Source of the DNA: Cirrosporium novae-zelandiae
Lineage: Eukaryota
DNA: 64,000 bases
Direction: 5' to 3'
Assembly: GCA_026023565.1 (NCBI GenBank)
Contig: JAPETS010000006.1
Span: forward strand, 620,001-684,000
Position 1 is the first letter of the stretch. The number at the start of each line of letters is the position of its first letter. The notes below the pieces were generated by a model. The model worked only from the letters and a program-made list of their open reading frames with translations. It was not told the origin of the DNA and made no database searches. The position numbers and the translations under genes are program-made. Below are positions 63,180 to 64,000 of this stretch, one piece after another.

Positions 63180-64000
63180 TTATAACACATACCTAAATGT
63201 CACGGCCCTATTTCCTAGCTTTCCTAACTTTTCATGGTCAGTTTCAAGGTCGACTCCATCGGATTCTATCATCATCTCCCTCTTGCGATTGATTCTTCCA
63301 TACACTACCCTCATTATCACCACAGCAACTATCCCTAAAGCTACAAATCCCAACTCTAATGCATGCCCCAATACAAATTGTGGCGAATCTTGTGAGCGGT
63401 AGAAGTTTGAGGCCATTGCACCTCCCAGGTTTCCTATCCCGATATGAATTGCCATCCCAGCACCACGTTTGTAGAGAGGGGAGAGATTGTTGGCTATCCA
63501 CGTAATGTTTCCAGGGAAAGCCGGATAGATGCCGCAGACAGCGATGAAAACGCCAGCATAGACGAGACCTGGAATGACGTGACCATCGCTACCAGCAGTG
63601 CTACCGACAATGCAAAGAAGAAATCCAACCAGAATAGTGAATTGGGCAGCAAGTATATAAGGTGAGCGTTTTCCGTGATGGTCCGAGAAGTAAGCAAGGA
63701 CGACTGTTAAAGTGGCTGCGGTGACATAGATGGGGACCGTAAGGAGTTGGGCAGTGGAGGACTCATAACCGAGCGCCTTGATAATGGTAGGGAGGAAGAA
63801 TGATATGCCATAGAGAGGGCAGACAATAGACCAATACACTTGGGGTTTCTGTTAGCTAATGGGGTTATTTGAAGAGTTTTGGGGATTTTTCATACTCAAC
63901 AGCCCAAGGTAGATCTGCCAGTCTAGAAACGCAGCTTTGACAAATTTCCATTCAAAATGCTGGGTTTCGGAAATCTCTGAGTGTTGATATCTCAATCGAT
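63180..64000 (-). CDS. MFS transporter of the anion:cation symporter (Dal5/Tna1-like) type, 5' part outside window; intron 63895-63839
   Basis: FEWKFVKAAFLDWQIYLG...LYGISFFLPTIIKALGY...AQLLTVPIY...SD..GKRSPY...WIANN...KRGAGMAI...GNLGG...N.KRE...FRYVL*. Confidence 0.9.

Overview
Eukaryotic, intron-containing DNA from a filamentous ascomycete (Pezizomycotina): short GT-AG introns with CTRAY branch points and a Woronin-body tether gene. About 17 genes can be assembled by hand. In order: secreted large-subunit catalase, THOC7/Mft1, tubulin cofactor A, a small uncharacterised protein, an SDR, a giant ~6,340-aa leashin (lah; 12389-31468), a CorA-type Mg transporter, two divergent BTB/POZ genes flanking COX15, a Cys-motif orphan, cytosolic lysyl-tRNA synthetase, a BTB/MATH-like protein, a secreted carboxylesterase, ISC1, PEX11, APN1 and a partial MFS transporter. 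The most interesting signal is hidden inside the 17.4-kb leashin exon. A cluster of two candidate splice donors, one canonical branch point and two acceptors (19596-19784) could switch the gene between full-length tether isoforms and a truncated N-terminal-only isoform. Other points: an SDR whose catalytic Lys is replaced by Asn, a GC-AG intron, an ~80-bp inverted repeat that duplicates a BTB-gene core promoter, a probable mitochondrial N-terminal extension on APN1, a structured long PEX11 intron, and Gcn4/CpcA and FarA promoter motifs. All gene identities come from motif recognition; no database search was run.
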